From Squalus acanthias (Eukaryota), in contig CM059433.1 of the NCBI GenBank assembly GCA_030390025.1, positions 19,036,001 through 19,100,000 of the forward strand: DNA of 64,000 nt. Reading direction: 5' to 3'. A program made the position numbers and the translations under genes. Position 1 is the stretch's first letter; each line of letters begins with the position of its first letter. Shown here one piece after another: positions 1 through 13,216 of this stretch. The notes below the pieces were generated by a model. The model ran no database searches and was not told the origin of the DNA. It saw only the letters and a program-made list of their open reading frames with translations.

Positions 1-1999
1 GTTTGTTCAAAAGGGGTATAACTTTAGCCTTTGTTTTTTTTTAAACCTTGACAATCACTCGGATCCTAAATGTCACAACCATTCTGATTCCAAGCGTGGC
101 TACTTAGTTCGCATTCCAAAGCTTCCAAGGAAGCTGTTCGTTGCAGCATAGATGTTCATCAGTGGAAATGTGTTTTTTTTTAAAAAGCAGGTTGTGGGTA
201 AATGTAGTTGCCAAGTAGCTCAGGATTCCAAAGGGTTAAAGCGAAGAGAATCAAAAATTCAACAGATATACATCAAGGTAGCTATTAACTCGAGCGGTCT
301 ACAATTCACAGTTTGTTTTAACAATTTTATTAATTCATTAATAAAAATCATAATGTGATATGAGTTGATTATTTCCAAAATCCAATTTCAATGTAATTTC
401 AGAGAGTCAGGACAATGTTGGAACCATTTGATATATCATGGAAGCAGAAGGTATTTCTTCACTGCGTTTCAATTACATTTTTTACACTTCAGCGTAGTCT
501 AAATTAGTTCCACATGAAATTTCAGTGTAAATTGACATTGGCAAAATCGGCGTATGAATGGGTTGAAAACAGGCAAAACTTCCCGATTATGCCCCCACAG
601 GGAATTCCAGGCCAAGGTTTCCTTTATAAATGTGGAATTAGGAATTTAAATAAAAATACGGATAGAATGTGTGATTTTAAAATGGGGACCGAGTTATGTA
701 TGGGTGCCCTAGTCCAATTTTCTCCTACCTATTAACTCTGCTTCACTCAAAGACTACATTTGCTCTCGACTCAGTCTGCAACGCCCAGGAAGATTGTTTA
801 TATATATTAAAAATCTTATATCCTCATGCATTTTCTGTCAACCTTTGTCATAATAAATTCTTACGCCCCTATTTATAATAGAAACTGCACACATAAACTT
901 GTCAGTGATCCTGTAGTGCCTCAGTTTTTCAGCTTAGCTCAACGTGTAGCGACTTGGTGCGGAATAGGATACGGGCAGCAGAGCTTTGGATGAACTGATG
1001 TGTTGGACGATAATATGGAGGAGGAAACAGGCAGCCTTTGTGATAGAGAAGATATGGGGACAAAAGCTCAATTCAAAAATAGAAAAGGGATGATTCTTAA
1101 TCAATGGGGAAGAAAACAGGTGCTCATTCACAACATTACATCTTTTCCAACCAAAATCTAGTTTTAGATATTAATTCTAAAACTATTTGTATAATACTAC
1201 ATAGCCAGAAAAAAGTGAAAATTTTATTTTAATTTAGAAATAAAGCAATTTGCATAACACAGATACAGCTACAAGAGAATCTCTTTTTAACAAAACAATT
1301 ACTGACAGAGACCTGGATAAAGTTAGGCTCTTGATAATACTCCAAGAAGCAGAGCTACATCACAAATTAATGAATAAAACTGTCCAGCAGTCAACAAATT
1401 GAAACCAGAGTCTGCGTCATCATCCAAACAGTAGGGTATTAGCATCAGAACTGGATTGGGTACAAAAATTACTAGATGCATGTCTAAGGTTTAGGAGGTC
1501 AGTACAAGCATGGGAAGCCTTATAGTATGAAGCATAAATCCACCAGCAACTCTATAAATGTTACAGATCACTTTATATCAACAGATGGCTTGGAATCAAG
1601 CTGCCGACACACAAACTACCACAAAATAGAAAGGGGGTAGGAGGACAACAGATGTTGCCCGATAGTTCTATTCTTGGAGCAAAAGCTGGTTCTTTGAGCA
1701 AAGTGATTTTCTCCTGTGGCTTTAGAAACAGTGTGGTGGAATTTCCCTTGGGGATGTAATCAGGAAGTTACACCCGAAATTATGCCAATTTGTACGCCCA
1801 TCTTGCCGATGTCTATTTACACCCAAATTTTCTGTCCATTTCATTAATACACAGTGAAATGTAAAAATGGACGTAAACAATCAGGGGCCGAGGAAAGCGA
1901 CAAACTCAAACTCACCAAATATTCCTTCAGTGTTAAATAACAACAGAAAACGCTGGAAAAACTCAGCAGGCCAGGCAGCATCCATGGAGAGAGAAACAG

Positions 2000-2036
2000 A
2001 GTTAACGTTTCAGGTCGATGACCTTTCGTCAGAACT
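2000..2036 (-). ncRNA. Minimal type I hammerhead ribozyme motif (family B), intact core
   Basis: AGUU-CUGACGA-A-AGGUC-AUC-GACCU-GAAA-CG-UU-AACU; helix I AGUU/AACU, palindromic helix III ACGU, GUU triplet. Confidence 0.75.
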
Positions 2037-2101
2037 GGAAAAAAAGCAGGAAATGAAATAGATTAAAAGCTTTAAATCTATTTCATTTCCTGATTTTTTT
2101 C

Positions 2102-2138
2102 AGTTCTGACAAAAGGTCTTCGACCTGAAACGTTAACT
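2102..2138 (+). ncRNA. Hammerhead motif (family B) with mutated core
   Basis: AGTT-CTGACAA-A-AGGTC-TTC-GACCT-GAAA-CGTT-AACT; G8 changed to A. Confidence 0.6.
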
Positions 2139-3246
2139 CTGTTTCTCTCTCCACGGATGCTGCCTGGTCTGCTGAGTTTTTCCAGTGTTTTCTGTTGTTA
2201 TTTCAGATTTCCAGCATCCGCAGTACTTTGCTATCCCTTCAGTGTTGTTCAGGGGAGCACTGTTTTCACCCAGTGTCAAACACTCCCACAGTCAGCTACA
2301 GAGTAAAGCTTTGCCTCACTGGGCCCAAGTTCCAACCGTAGATGAGACTCTCTTCTTCCCTAATGCACTAATGGGAATTCATTTCCCACACAATAAATCC
2401 ATATGGTCTCTCAGATTGCCAGTTAGCAGTTTTGGGTCCATTATGAACTGGGTTGAGACCGCCTGATCGTGAGGCCTTCACAGCCAGCAAATGGAGGAGG
2501 CTTTCATCCCAGGTTGGAGTTAAATTATAACCTAGGGTCCCAGAATTGAAAAGCTAGGGTTGAACCACTCCATTACCAGTAGCCCAGCAACAAATTTTGG
2601 TGGACATTAGAAGACAACTATTACCTGCTAAACTTCCTTACCCTCAGCTACCAGTGATTGAGGTGTCATATCTCTCAGACAACTACAGATAGGGTTCCCA
2701 AACAAAGACATCTAAAGCAGGGAAGCGCCAAGTAAATACAACAAACACCAACAGGATGATGCAAAAGGATCAAGGCTCAAAAGGCAGACTCATTTAAAAT
2801 TCAAAAATGCTGTTCTCTTTCATAGTCCACTTCCCCCTCCCAAAGACACACTGCCCTTTTGTCAAACCCAACCCTCTGACAAATCATTACCTTACATGTC
2901 TCCATTCTCAAAATAAGAAACACTTCATGGTAACCATTAAAAGGCTGAAACTTTTTGTTATATGTACTTTAAACTGTTCAACATTTCAGAGCTTCCAAAA
3001 ACAATTGCCCTCCTTTTCAATACTAAACCATCATCTTCAAAAATGGGAATATTGCAAAGTAGATTAAAAAAAACACTAATACCTGTTACTCATCAGTTCA
3101 GAGTCTGGATTTTTTTTTTTTTAAAAAGCTGATCGTTAATATGGTGTTCTTCATACAATTTTCATTAATTAAATTATTATAAAGAGATTACAATTAAAAA
3201 TTAAGTGGCAACAGTTCACTGGTTCTACAATTAGTTGTGTCCCTAC

Positions 3247-3507
3247 AAGCGCTTTACAGCCAATGAAATACTTAAGTGCTCACTGCTGTAATACAGGAAA
3301 CGTGGCACTCAATTTGCACACAGCAAGCTCTCACGTGATAATGACCAGATAATCTGTTTTAGTGATGTTGATGGAGGGTTAAATATTGGTCAGGACACCG
3401 GGGAGAACTCCCCTGCTCTTCTTCGAAATAGTGCCATGGTATCTTTTACGTTCAGAGTGCAGACGGGGTCACGGTTTAATGTCTCATCAGAAAGACGGCA
3501 CCTCCAA
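3247..3507 (-). mobile_element. DeuSINE (SacSINE1/AmnSINE1-like) fragment
   Basis: Reverse complement reads gccgtctttctgatgagacattaaaccg...ccatggcactatttcgaagaagagcaggggagttctccccggtgtcctgacc, resembling the Deu domain as I recall it; sister copy at 42880-43175. Confidence 0.7.
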
Positions 3508-4594
3508 CTAAGCCACGGCTGACACATATTCTCTAGATGATGAGAACCTAAGCATAGTTATACAGAAGGCACCAACTAGAGGTTTGTAAAGGACCAAAAT
3601 AAAATCTGAGCACGCAATCAATTCTATTCACTTTTCTCTGTTGGCTAAATAGATTTTTAAATTTTTCACTTAATAAGTTTGCAATCAACATTTGGCCACT
3701 AGCAGAAGGGAGTGAACCATGGACCTTCCTAATCCATGTGGCTCAGCAGCACTTTACCCCCCACTGAGACATCAGAGCAACTTAGAATAAACAACTTCAC
3801 AAACAATCACAGTTAAGTTCAAAAGATTTCCCGATTTTATTTGCCTTCAGGAATCCAAGATAAGGGAATGTCATCAGGATTCCGCCAACTCCAGCATCGG
3901 CAACTTCCGACACCAAAATTCTTCCACTTAGGAGTCCACCATCTCAAAGTCAACTTGAAGTCCTGGCCTATTTGTATTAAGTAGGACATCAGTAAACACT
4001 TGGGGAATAGTAGATCAAAAGTTGAATTTGAACAGTTGGTCACATATGTAATACTATGATACTATGGCTGTTCAGACGGACCAGGCATTCCCTGTCTCAA
4101 AACCCAAGAATCAAAGCTCCGAAGGGGATAACTTCAATTTTACAGCCTCCCAACTCTTTTACGGTGGTCTTCATGGCTGCCAAACAATTCATCACCAGAT
4201 GATCTGATGGCAATGCGGCCACAGAAACAGAGACAAGTTTTTCTGATCACCGACATTAAGAGATGCAGGCGTGTGGTCAGCTGTAAGAAGACTTACTGAA
4301 AATGGAGGGTCCCAAGCTCACCACTGCAGTCCCTTTGTGCTTAAAAAAACCACTGATGAATGCGCCCAATAGATTAGCCAGTTGATGCCAAGCCTGAATT
4401 GACAGGTGCTCTGAACACGGTCTTTGGCCTCGGCTGCAAACTCCATACCCTTGCCACAGATTCCATCCTCCTCCCCAATCACACCGCACATCATAGTTGG
4501 AATCAAACTGTTCACAACCTTGGCATCCTATTTGACCCTGAGCTGAGCTTCTGACCGCATATACTCTCCAGCACAAAAAACCCCTACTGATACC

Positions 4595-4855
4595 TCTGTA
4601 ATATCACCAGTCTCTGCCCCTGCCTCAGCCCATCTGTTGCTGAAACCTTCATCCATACCTATCAACTCCAGACTCAACTATCCCAATGCTCTCTTGGCTG
4701 GCCTCCCATCCTCCATAAACATCAGTTCATCCAAAACTCTGCTGCCCGTATCCTATCCTGCACCTCATCCCGCTTACCCATCACCCTGATCTACATTAGC
4801 TCCCAGTTCCCCAACACCTCAAATTTTAAAATCTCAACCCTCTGTTTAAATCCCA
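4595..4855 (+). mobile_element. L2 LINE fragment
   Basis: Similar to the L2 ORF2 C-terminal segments at 27400-27900 and 61932-62600 (..LIQNSAAR..HW..). Confidence 0.7.
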
Positions 4856-5027
4856 TTTCCAAGAGGCAAAGTAAGAAAGTGCATTCAACAAGAGTATTTA
4901 AAGTGTGTTCTTTTGGCAAACCCAGCTAGCTGGGGGGATTTGAAGCAGCCTTACTATCGCTGCCATTCTGTCAGAATGAATTTCAAACTAATCAGGAATT
5001 AATTTCTTTTTGAAATATCCTGTGTTT

Positions 5028-6489
5028 GAATCATAGAATGGTTACAGCACAGTAGGAGGCCATTCGGCCCATCGAGCCCATTCCGGCTCTCTGCAAGAGC
5101 AATTCAGCTAGTCCCATTCCCCCGCCCTTTCCCCGTAGCCCTGCAATTTTTTTTCCCTTCAGGTACTTAGCCAATTCCCGTTTGAAAGCCACTATTGAAT
5201 CTGCCTCCACCACCCTTTCAGGCAGTGCATTCCAGATCATACCACTCGCCGTGTAAAAAAGCTGTTCCTCATGTCGCCTTTGGATCTTTTGCCAATCACC
5301 TTAAATCTGCGTCCTCTGGGTCTCAACCCTTTCTCTCTATCTACTCTGTCGAGACCCCTCATGATTATGAACACCTCTATCAAATCTCCCCTCAATCTTC
5401 TCTGCTCGAAGGAGAACAACCCCAGCTTCTCCAGTCTATCCATGTAACTGTAATTCCTCATGCCTGGAACCATTCTTGTAAATCTTTTCTGCACCCTCTC
5501 TAAAGCCTTCACATCCTTCCTAAAGTGCGGTGCCCAGAATTGGACACAATACTCCAGTTGTGGCCGAACCAGCGTTTTATAAAAGGTTCATCATAACTTC
5601 CTTGCTTTTGTACTCTATGCCTCTATTTATAAAGCCCAGGATCCCGTATGCTTTTTTAACCTGTCCTGCCACCTTCAAATGATTTGTGCACATATACCCC
5701 CAGGTCTCTCTGTTCATGCACCCCCTTTAGAATTGTACCCTAGTTTATATTGCCTCTCCTCATTCTTCCTACCAAATTGTATCACTTCACACTTTTCTGC
5801 ATTAAATTTCATCTGCCACGTGTCTGTCCATGCCACCAGCCTGTCTATGTCCTTTTAACGTCTATCACTAACCTTCTCACTGTTCACTATATTTCCAAGT
5901 TTTGTGTCATCTGCAGATTTTGAAATTGCGCCCTGTCCAAGTCATTAATATATATCAAGAAAAGCAGTGGTCCTAGTACCGACCCCTGGGGAATACCACT
6001 GTATGTATACCTTCCTCCAGTCTGAAAAACAACCATTCACCACTGCTCTGTTTCCTGTCACTTAGCCAATTCCGTATCCGTGCTGCTACTGTCCCTTTTA
6101 TTTCCATGGGCTTCAACTTTGCTGGCAAGCCTAATATGTGACACTTTATCAAATACCTTTTGGAAGTCCATGTACATCACATCAACCGCATTGCCCTCAT
6201 CAACCCTCTCTGTTACCTCATCAAAACATTCAATCAAGTTAGTTAAACACGATTTGCCTTTAACAAATTTGTGCTGGCTTCCCTTAATTAATCCACACTT
6301 GTCCAAGTGGCTGTTAATTTTGTCCCGGATTCAAAAAGCTTCCCCACCACTGAGGTTAAACTGACTGGCCTGTAGTTGCTGGGTTTATCCTTACACCATT
6401 TTTTGAACAAGGGTGTAACATTTGCAATTCTCCAGTCCTCTGGCACCACCCCTGTATCCAAGGAGGATTGGAAGATTATGGCCAGTGCC
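5028..6489 (-). mobile_element. CR1 LINE, 5'-truncated and degenerate
   Basis: RT fragments (NYRPVSLTSVVGK, SCLTNL, YMDFQKVFDKV, LEKLGLFSFEQRRLRGDLIEV) and an attctatgattc-type tail. Confidence 0.92.
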
Positions 6490-7065
6490 ATATGGCTAGT
6501 TGACACAGAAAGAAGACTGATGGTTGGAATTCCTTAATGTGTGATAGCATGACACACTAAATTAGTGCACGGGGAACAAGATATTTTTGATGCTTGGCAT
6601 TGGGTAAAAAAAAAACGTCCATTTCACTATCACTAAACAATGCAAAATTTTGGAATACTCAATATTAACCTGAGTCTTCAGTAAAATATAAATTGGACAT
6701 AAAATTAAGTCATTAGATCAATTTGCATTCTAGCTTATGAACGTCACAATATCTGACAAATAATGTATTTAAATTCCACAGTGAACAAAACAAAAATGTT
6801 GCCTCCATTCACTCAACATGGGAAGTACATGCCAAGATAAAACTGAAGAGGATGTTATGAAACTGAATGATGTAAAGCACAATAGAATAATCACAGTACA
6901 ATTTCACATATTAAACAGGAACTAGGTAGTCTGTCATTGTCACACAAGTACTTTGATCAGGATTTACTTTTTGTTGTTAATTTGTGGTCTCACAAAAATG
7001 CAAATCTCCAGTGCAAAAATGAGTACCACTTATCAATGCACACATAGAACAAAACAGTATTTGCT

Positions 7066-8532
7066 GGCCCTGAAATTAGTGTCTTCGATGGCGTACGCTT
7101 ATGCCGATGAGCGTACGCGGTTGTATCCTTCTGAAAGGCCGCGCAACTTCCGGGTTTCCACATGCGTGAAAATCTGGAACTTGCGATGTCAAGGTACGCC
7201 TTGGCAGATCATAGGAACCGAAAGTAAAATCAGTTTCGCTGGCGCAGAGTTGGGCTATTTCCCCAACAATTGCCCAGCAATTGCCCATGAAACTTGTACA
7301 GCTGGCAAAAGCAGACATATGGCCTGCTTTCATCAGCGTCAGGGTTATTATAAATATTAAATTAAACATTTAAAAATAAAAAATGATGCACACATAAAAT
7401 TCTTTTATGCAAGTATTGGCCCTGATTAAAATGTTTAAAATTATTTCTCAAAAAATTACATTTTTATTGTATTTGGTGTAATGAAGGGAGTTATGAATAA
7501 AATTGAAATTCAGAACATTTATATTTAATAGAATTGTCTAAATTGTTTAATTATTTGGAGATTCCATTGCATGTCATTAGGGGATTCCACTCTTAAATGA
7601 CTGCAATGGTATCCTCCTTTCTCATTGGAGGACCGGGCCCACGTGATCTCAGGGACGCTTCTGAACCACTTGCGTCATTGGGATTTTTTTTTTTTTTTAA
7701 TTCGTTTATGGGATCTGGGCGTCGCGGGCAAAGCCAGCATTTATTGCCCATCCCTAGTTGCCCTTGAGAAGGTGGTGGTGAGCCACCTTCTTGAACTGCT
7801 GCAGTCTGTGTGGTGATGGCACTCCCACAGTACTGTTAGGTAGGGAGTTCCAGGATTTTGACCCAGCGACGATGAAGGAACGGCGATATACTTCTAAGTC
7901 AGGATGGTGTGTGACTTGGAGGGGAACTTGGAGGTGGTGGTGTTCCCATGTGTCTGCTGCCCTTGTCCTTCTAGGTGGAAGAGGTCGCGGGTTTGGGAGG
8001 TGCTGCCGAAGAAGCCTTGGCGAGTTGTTGCAGTGCATCTTGTAGATGGTACACACTGCAGCCACGGTACGCCGGTGGTGGAGGGAGTGAATGTTTAAGG
8101 TGGTGGATGGGGTGCCAATCAAGCGGGCTGCTTTGTTTGGTGTCGAGCTTCTTGAGTGTTGTTAGAGCTGCACTCATCCAGGCAAGTGGAGAGTATTCCA
8201 TCACACTCCTTACTTGTGCCTTGTAGATGGTGGAAAGGCTTTGGGGAGTCAGGAGGTGGGACACTCACTGCAGAATACCTAGCCTCTGACCTGCTCTTGT
8301 TGTCACAGTGTGTGTGTGGCTGGTCCAGTTAAGTTTCTGGTTAATGGTGACCCCAGGATGTTGATAGTGGGGGATTCGGCGATGATAATGGGATCCGTGG
8401 GTCTTTCCGCTGCCGTATGCATGGAGGCCCAAGAAGGGAACTCTCCGCAGCTTGGACAACAGCAGGTAGGTGCGGAAATGTTTTGCGGGTCGGAGGCGTA
8501 CTCCGGAGGTATGCCTCCGACTGCAATTCTGC
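7066..8532. mobile_element. Harbinger-like non-autonomous element (subfamily H2) interrupted by a LINE
   Basis: Starts ggccctgaaatt; homologous to 34040-34700; resumes after 8388; subterminal hairpins; right end approximate. Confidence 0.6.
7684..8388 (-). mobile_element. CR1/L2-group (Crack-like) LINE 3' fragment with poly(A)
   Basis: TINILGVTINQKLNW...IYKAQVRSVMEYSPLAW...SLHHRRTVAAVCTIYKMHC; polyT at 7684-7698; tgggat on both flanks. Confidence 0.8.
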
Positions 8533-9365
8533 GCTGGAAAACTAGATCTGAGGCTTGAGTCCTTTCTTTGGAAGGATCATTTTTATTGTGCATCTGGTGG
8601 TTTACTGTTTTATCTTGATTCTTGCAGATATGTTTAGAGAATCTGAGACAAGCGATGCAGTTGTTGCTGTCATCATCTGATGATAGAAATCTTAAGCCCA
8701 ACTGATGTTGAGAATGAATGAGTTCTTATATTGTTAGCAATGCATGTAACCCTTCACAGGACTGAGACAGTTTTACTCGCCATTCAGAAATGGATTAGAA
8801 ACGAGAACAAAAGAAATCTTCTAGTTTGTTTTCCCTTCTTTGGCATCAAAACTGAAGAAAAATTCTCACTGTCGGATTATTACAGCAAACCTCTGACGTT
8901 AAGCTGCAGAATCTACTGTAGTCTACAACGCTGCCCAACATTATCCACCTCAATACCAAAATATAGTGCAAATTAATTTTTCACCTCAAGAGAGTATGAA
9001 AGAACCCAGCAAAAAAAAATACACTTCTATCGCTTTAAAAAAATTTTTTGCTGGGGATATCATCAGGTACCCTTGAAACAGAAGTCAGGTGCAGCACAAA
9101 AGGCTCTTCTACCCTTCTTGGACACACACCAATGTGGCATTTCAGTCTTCTAAATTAGCGGCTCCTGTAGCTCCTCCAAGTTAGACGGCCAATTTAGTGC
9201 TTATAACAGAGTTGAGATTGAGCAAACTGATTTCTCTTGTAGTCCTCACAACCGATGGAGAGTGTAATTCATTACTCTGGGCTATATTTGAACTCAAGTC
9301 CAGGAGATAAAAGGGAAGCTCACTATGCTGTTGAGTGTTTTTTTTTTAAATCAATGCAATCTCAC

Positions 9366-9456
9366 CTTCTTTACGAGCAAATGCCTGACTTGCTGCAATC
9401 ACTTGTGGATAATCTGGGTTGTAACGGGTTCCTTCTGGGAAAATCACAAGATATGC
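9366..9456 (-). CDS. AGPAT5: AGPAT5 exon 5 (gene continues left, probably beyond the window)
   Basis: ttcag|AYLVIFPEGTRYNPDYPQVIAASQAFARKE+G|gtgag; 91 bp; FPEGTR acyltransferase motif. Confidence 0.96.
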
Positions 9457-10363
9457 CTGAAGAGAAAAAAGAAAAAGATGTTAAAATTTGCTCATTTTGA
9501 GATTGACTATTTTTAGGCTGGTCTTACAGCTATCTTAAAAACATACCGCTAGTAGCTATTGGTTGAACAGTTAGCTTTTCAAGCCTCACAACTGAAGCGT
9601 TAAGACTTTCCATTACAGTTGGAATTAAGTAATCAGTCTGGGTCAGGCCCACAGAAGTGATGTGACTTGCGATTAAGCACCTCCGAAGGTGGTTAGCTTC
9701 ACCAGTCTAAAACATTGGTTTTCAAACTTGGGTCCCTGGACCTTAATGAGTCTGGAAAAGGTACCAAAGGGTCAGATTTTTTATTTTTTTGCACTTGACC
9801 TACCAGCATGTTACTAATGTTACTGTATACTAATAAAAATAAACATTTTCTGCAATAATGGCACTAATTTCCCTTGGGGAGTTGTCGCTATGTTTTCGGA
9901 AGTTGGGACAAAAGCTCACAGGGGTGTCCAAAACTTTGTGGTAGGTCTGCAGGAGCATGTCAAAGTTTGCAGGGGATCCCCCACAGATTGCAGTTTGTAA
10001 ACTACAGGCACATCTGTCCATAATCAAAGAATTGTTGAAGTCTATTTCAGTGGTGCCAGCTAAAAGAAAGACTTGCATTTATATAGCATCAAGTGCATGT
10101 TACATACATGTTATGTAGACAAATGATGGTTATGAGGACACAGGAAGCCTATTTTGTGGCTGGGGGAGGGGGAAGGCAGCGAGAAGTACAATCTCAATTA
10201 TTTTGCCCATTCTGCCCAAGTTCAGCAAATTAGATGGTCAGCAATTTGAAACAATAACCCCTGTACCATGAAGCAAGTGTTTCTACCAAATACAATGATA
10301 TCCATCAAATGTAATGAATGAATGTTGGTTTCAAATGACAGAATCAACCTATGAATAAAGACA

Positions 10364-10432
10364 GAAAATGCTGGAAATACTCAGCAAGTCAGGCAGCATC
10401 TGTGGAGAGAGAAACAGAGTATTTTGCTTTTG
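10364..10432. mobile_element. Mini Penelope-like insertion (inverted + direct terminal pieces)
   Basis: 14-bp TSD tatgaataaagaca at 10350-10363 and 10433-10446; interior matches the family B terminus. Confidence 0.75.
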
Positions 10433-12231
10433 TATGAATAAAGACACCTTGTCTGAGATAGATCTTAAATTAACTTTTTAAACATTTAAAGCTTAATCCT
10501 TGGTAAATTCTTCTTCAGGTTCACAGCATTAGTTAAAATTATTAAAGCAGTCAAGGATATGTTGCACAGCTCCAATTCCCCAAGAGAAGGCAAACTGATC
10601 TACCAAACTTCAAGCACTACGACTGAGCAGCCCAACTTCAGGACATTACTGCCTGAATAAAGTCTCAGCCACTAAGAGTGTCTGGCTTAGTATGAAGTCT
10701 AATGCTGCCTACCATCCCCACAACATACACTACCCTTCACAAGCTCCAGAAAAAAGTAGCAGGGGTCTGGAAACACCTGCCTGTATCACTAATCTGGGCC
10801 ACTGGTGAGGGGGGGGGGGGGTGAGTAGAAGAGGGAGGACAGTGTGAGCGAGAGTGAAAAAGAGGAGGCCTGTGCCATAGTGAAGATCCCAATGACCTCC
10901 CATTGAGGATTGCAATGCCAGCAGCTTCAAGGCTCCACATGCGAAGGGCATCTCTGAGAAGGACAAGTTGCTTAGTCGCTAATATATCATGTCCTTCCAG
11001 CAGTTAGTGGAACAATTTCATACACTCAACATGCCTATATTTTGTTACCTGCAGGTCTAACACTTCCTCCAAAATCCCAATGTGCTACATAAAACGCAAT
11101 GTTAGAACTGGGTATTTGCAAAGGTGCCCCCACTGGCACATCTTATGCCTCCAGTAAATAGTGTTCATCTGGACATCAGACAAGATGGAAAACTTAAACA
11201 ATCCTTGGGAGCATGAACTAAGTTGTCCAACCTCAGGAGAGGACTAGAACCTAGTAACAAGTTCTGATGAAAGATACACATCCAAAACTTTAACCTGTAT
11301 TTTCATGTTACAAATGCTGGAATACATAGGACAGTCAGCATCTTGTTTATATTCCTACGGTAATGCACAAGTTGCACATGGAGCTGAGAAAACACCAAGA
11401 GGTATGGGACGCCTTTTTCTGGGCCTGCCTCCCACTTACACCAAGCCTCCACAGCTGAAGCAACCCACTGGCTGATGAAAGAGACACTCCCCAGTGCCCA
11501 CCCACCGCTGCTACAACCCAATATGCAATAAAACCATACCCTCTCCCTTCAGCAAGCCAACAACCTCCCAGACTGCCAACAAGCCCCTGCACTGATTGTG
11601 CATCTATAATGCCAGACAGTCTGGACATGTAAGCATCACGTCACCTGTAATATAGCACGTGTTCTATCAAAGCATAGCCTGAGAGTGTGTCCAAGTTTCT
11701 TGCACGAAACAATAAAGAAAATGTTGAGGGGAAAAATAATTTTGACGCAGCTGGGAAACCTCAGAAGCAGGCTTTAAACATTACTTGTGGAAGACAAGCT
11801 TTGGAGAACACAGTATACCAATTGAAATACTACAGCAATTCCATCGTTCGAGAGAGCCCTGGGAAAAAGTCATCTGGCAGCAACTATGATGCTGCAAATA
11901 GACTATCAAGAGACTTTCTGTTTTATCCATTTTATAAATAACACTTTTGCTAGACTTATTTTATATAATGAGCCTTCCCTTTTATTAATGACAATCAGCA
12001 TTCCAGTAGATGCAGCTCTTTCCACAACAGTGTGGCAATTAGAGTTCAATAGAGTAATGATCCCGCTGTGCATTAGTGCACAACGTTTAAAGAATGTACA
12101 CAATACGTATTTCCAGTTGAACCCTCCAGATTAACTTTCAGTAAACTTAGTGATTATGTCTCAATTTTGTATTCTTCAATGAGGAGCATCCGTATTGACA
12201 ACGGTCACACCTTTTGGAGGAAAAAGTGAAA

Positions 12232-12304
12232 ACGCGCACACACGCGCACACGCGCGCACACGCACACGCACGCGCACGCACACGCACACGCACACACACA
12301 CGCG
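12232..12304. repeat. (CA/CG)n alternating purine-pyrimidine microsatellite
   Basis: acgcgcacacacgcgcacacgcgcgcacac... Confidence 0.9.
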
Positions 12305-12405
12305 ATTATCAAGCTTTACCCCTTATGGTTTAGGACTTTATTTGAACCCTTACTGAGATTACAGCCTGGTAATTACTCTCGGATGTACATAGTATTAAAA
12401 ATCAT

Positions 12406-13141
12406 GGCCCAAAAATTGCTGTCAAAATAATGGTGAGGCTAATAGCTCTCGCAGTTATTTATGTGCAAATGCCACGGCAACTTCAGGCGAAGGCAGATGC
12501 GCGATTCAATGCAGAAATCGAGAAGTTTCTGTTGGGTATGCGCCGGTAGCTTCGCGAAAATGGCATCTCGCTGACTGGCTACCCATTCCGATGCATTGAG
12601 TGGTGTAAAGTTCCTGTATTTGCACGGTAGATACGAACTAAACTCACCACACAAAGTTAAGTCAAGTAATTTCAAGTCTAAGTACCCTTTTAACGACGTG
12701 ATAAGTGTTAATTACTGCCGGTCAACATCCCTGGCACTGAAATTTAACTATTGCAAGTCTCATTCCTTCAGGTTTTAATTGTTGCTGCAGATTTAAAAAA
12801 AAATTAAAACTTTAAAAACTTTTTCTTTGTCCCTTTTTCTCTCTCTTAATCCAATTTTTCTTTCCATCACTTTATTTCTCTTTCTGTACCTGATTTGACA
12901 TTGAATTCACCATTCTAACTTACATTTCCTTTTTCAGACCATGCACTGTGCATTTCACAATCCTTTAATCTGATTGGTTAAGGAGATACACAGTTGCTTG
13001 CCCTGTTCACTCAGATCCCCTGTAGAGGGCTGTTTCCATCTCGCACTTCCAGCACAATATATTGAGAGAATTAAACGGGCAAGGGCAAATCTAACTAACG
13101 ACAGGCGCTGTTCGTTGTCCGGTTACAGGAGTTTTTGGGCC
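12406..13141. mobile_element. Harbinger-like MITE (subfamily H1)
   Basis: TIR ggcccaaaaa...tttttgggcc; homologous to 14584, 37358 and 41624 copies. Confidence 0.75.
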
Positions 13142-13216
13142 ATAATCTTTGAAAATAATGGTTAACAATACAATTCAGTACCTGGCTGCTACCCTCTTGC
13201 CAAAACTAAGTTACAA

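Larger units (their letters stand above)
1935..2231. mobile_element. Penelope-like element 3' end in fold-back (inverted + direct) configuration
   Basis: Arms 1935-2069 and 2070-2203 are near-perfect inverted repeats; flanked by direct repeats tattccttcagtgtt (1920-1934) / tatcccttcagtgtt (2232-2246); same sequence family as 52634-53098. Confidence 0.85.

Noticed and set aside
3478..3492. CTGATGA on the minus strand in the DeuSINE
   Set aside because: No helix II or GAAA follows.
1..9365. AGPAT5 exon 6
   Set aside because: I found no segment encoding TPR/KATH/YDVT-like motifs by eye; it is probably outside the window.
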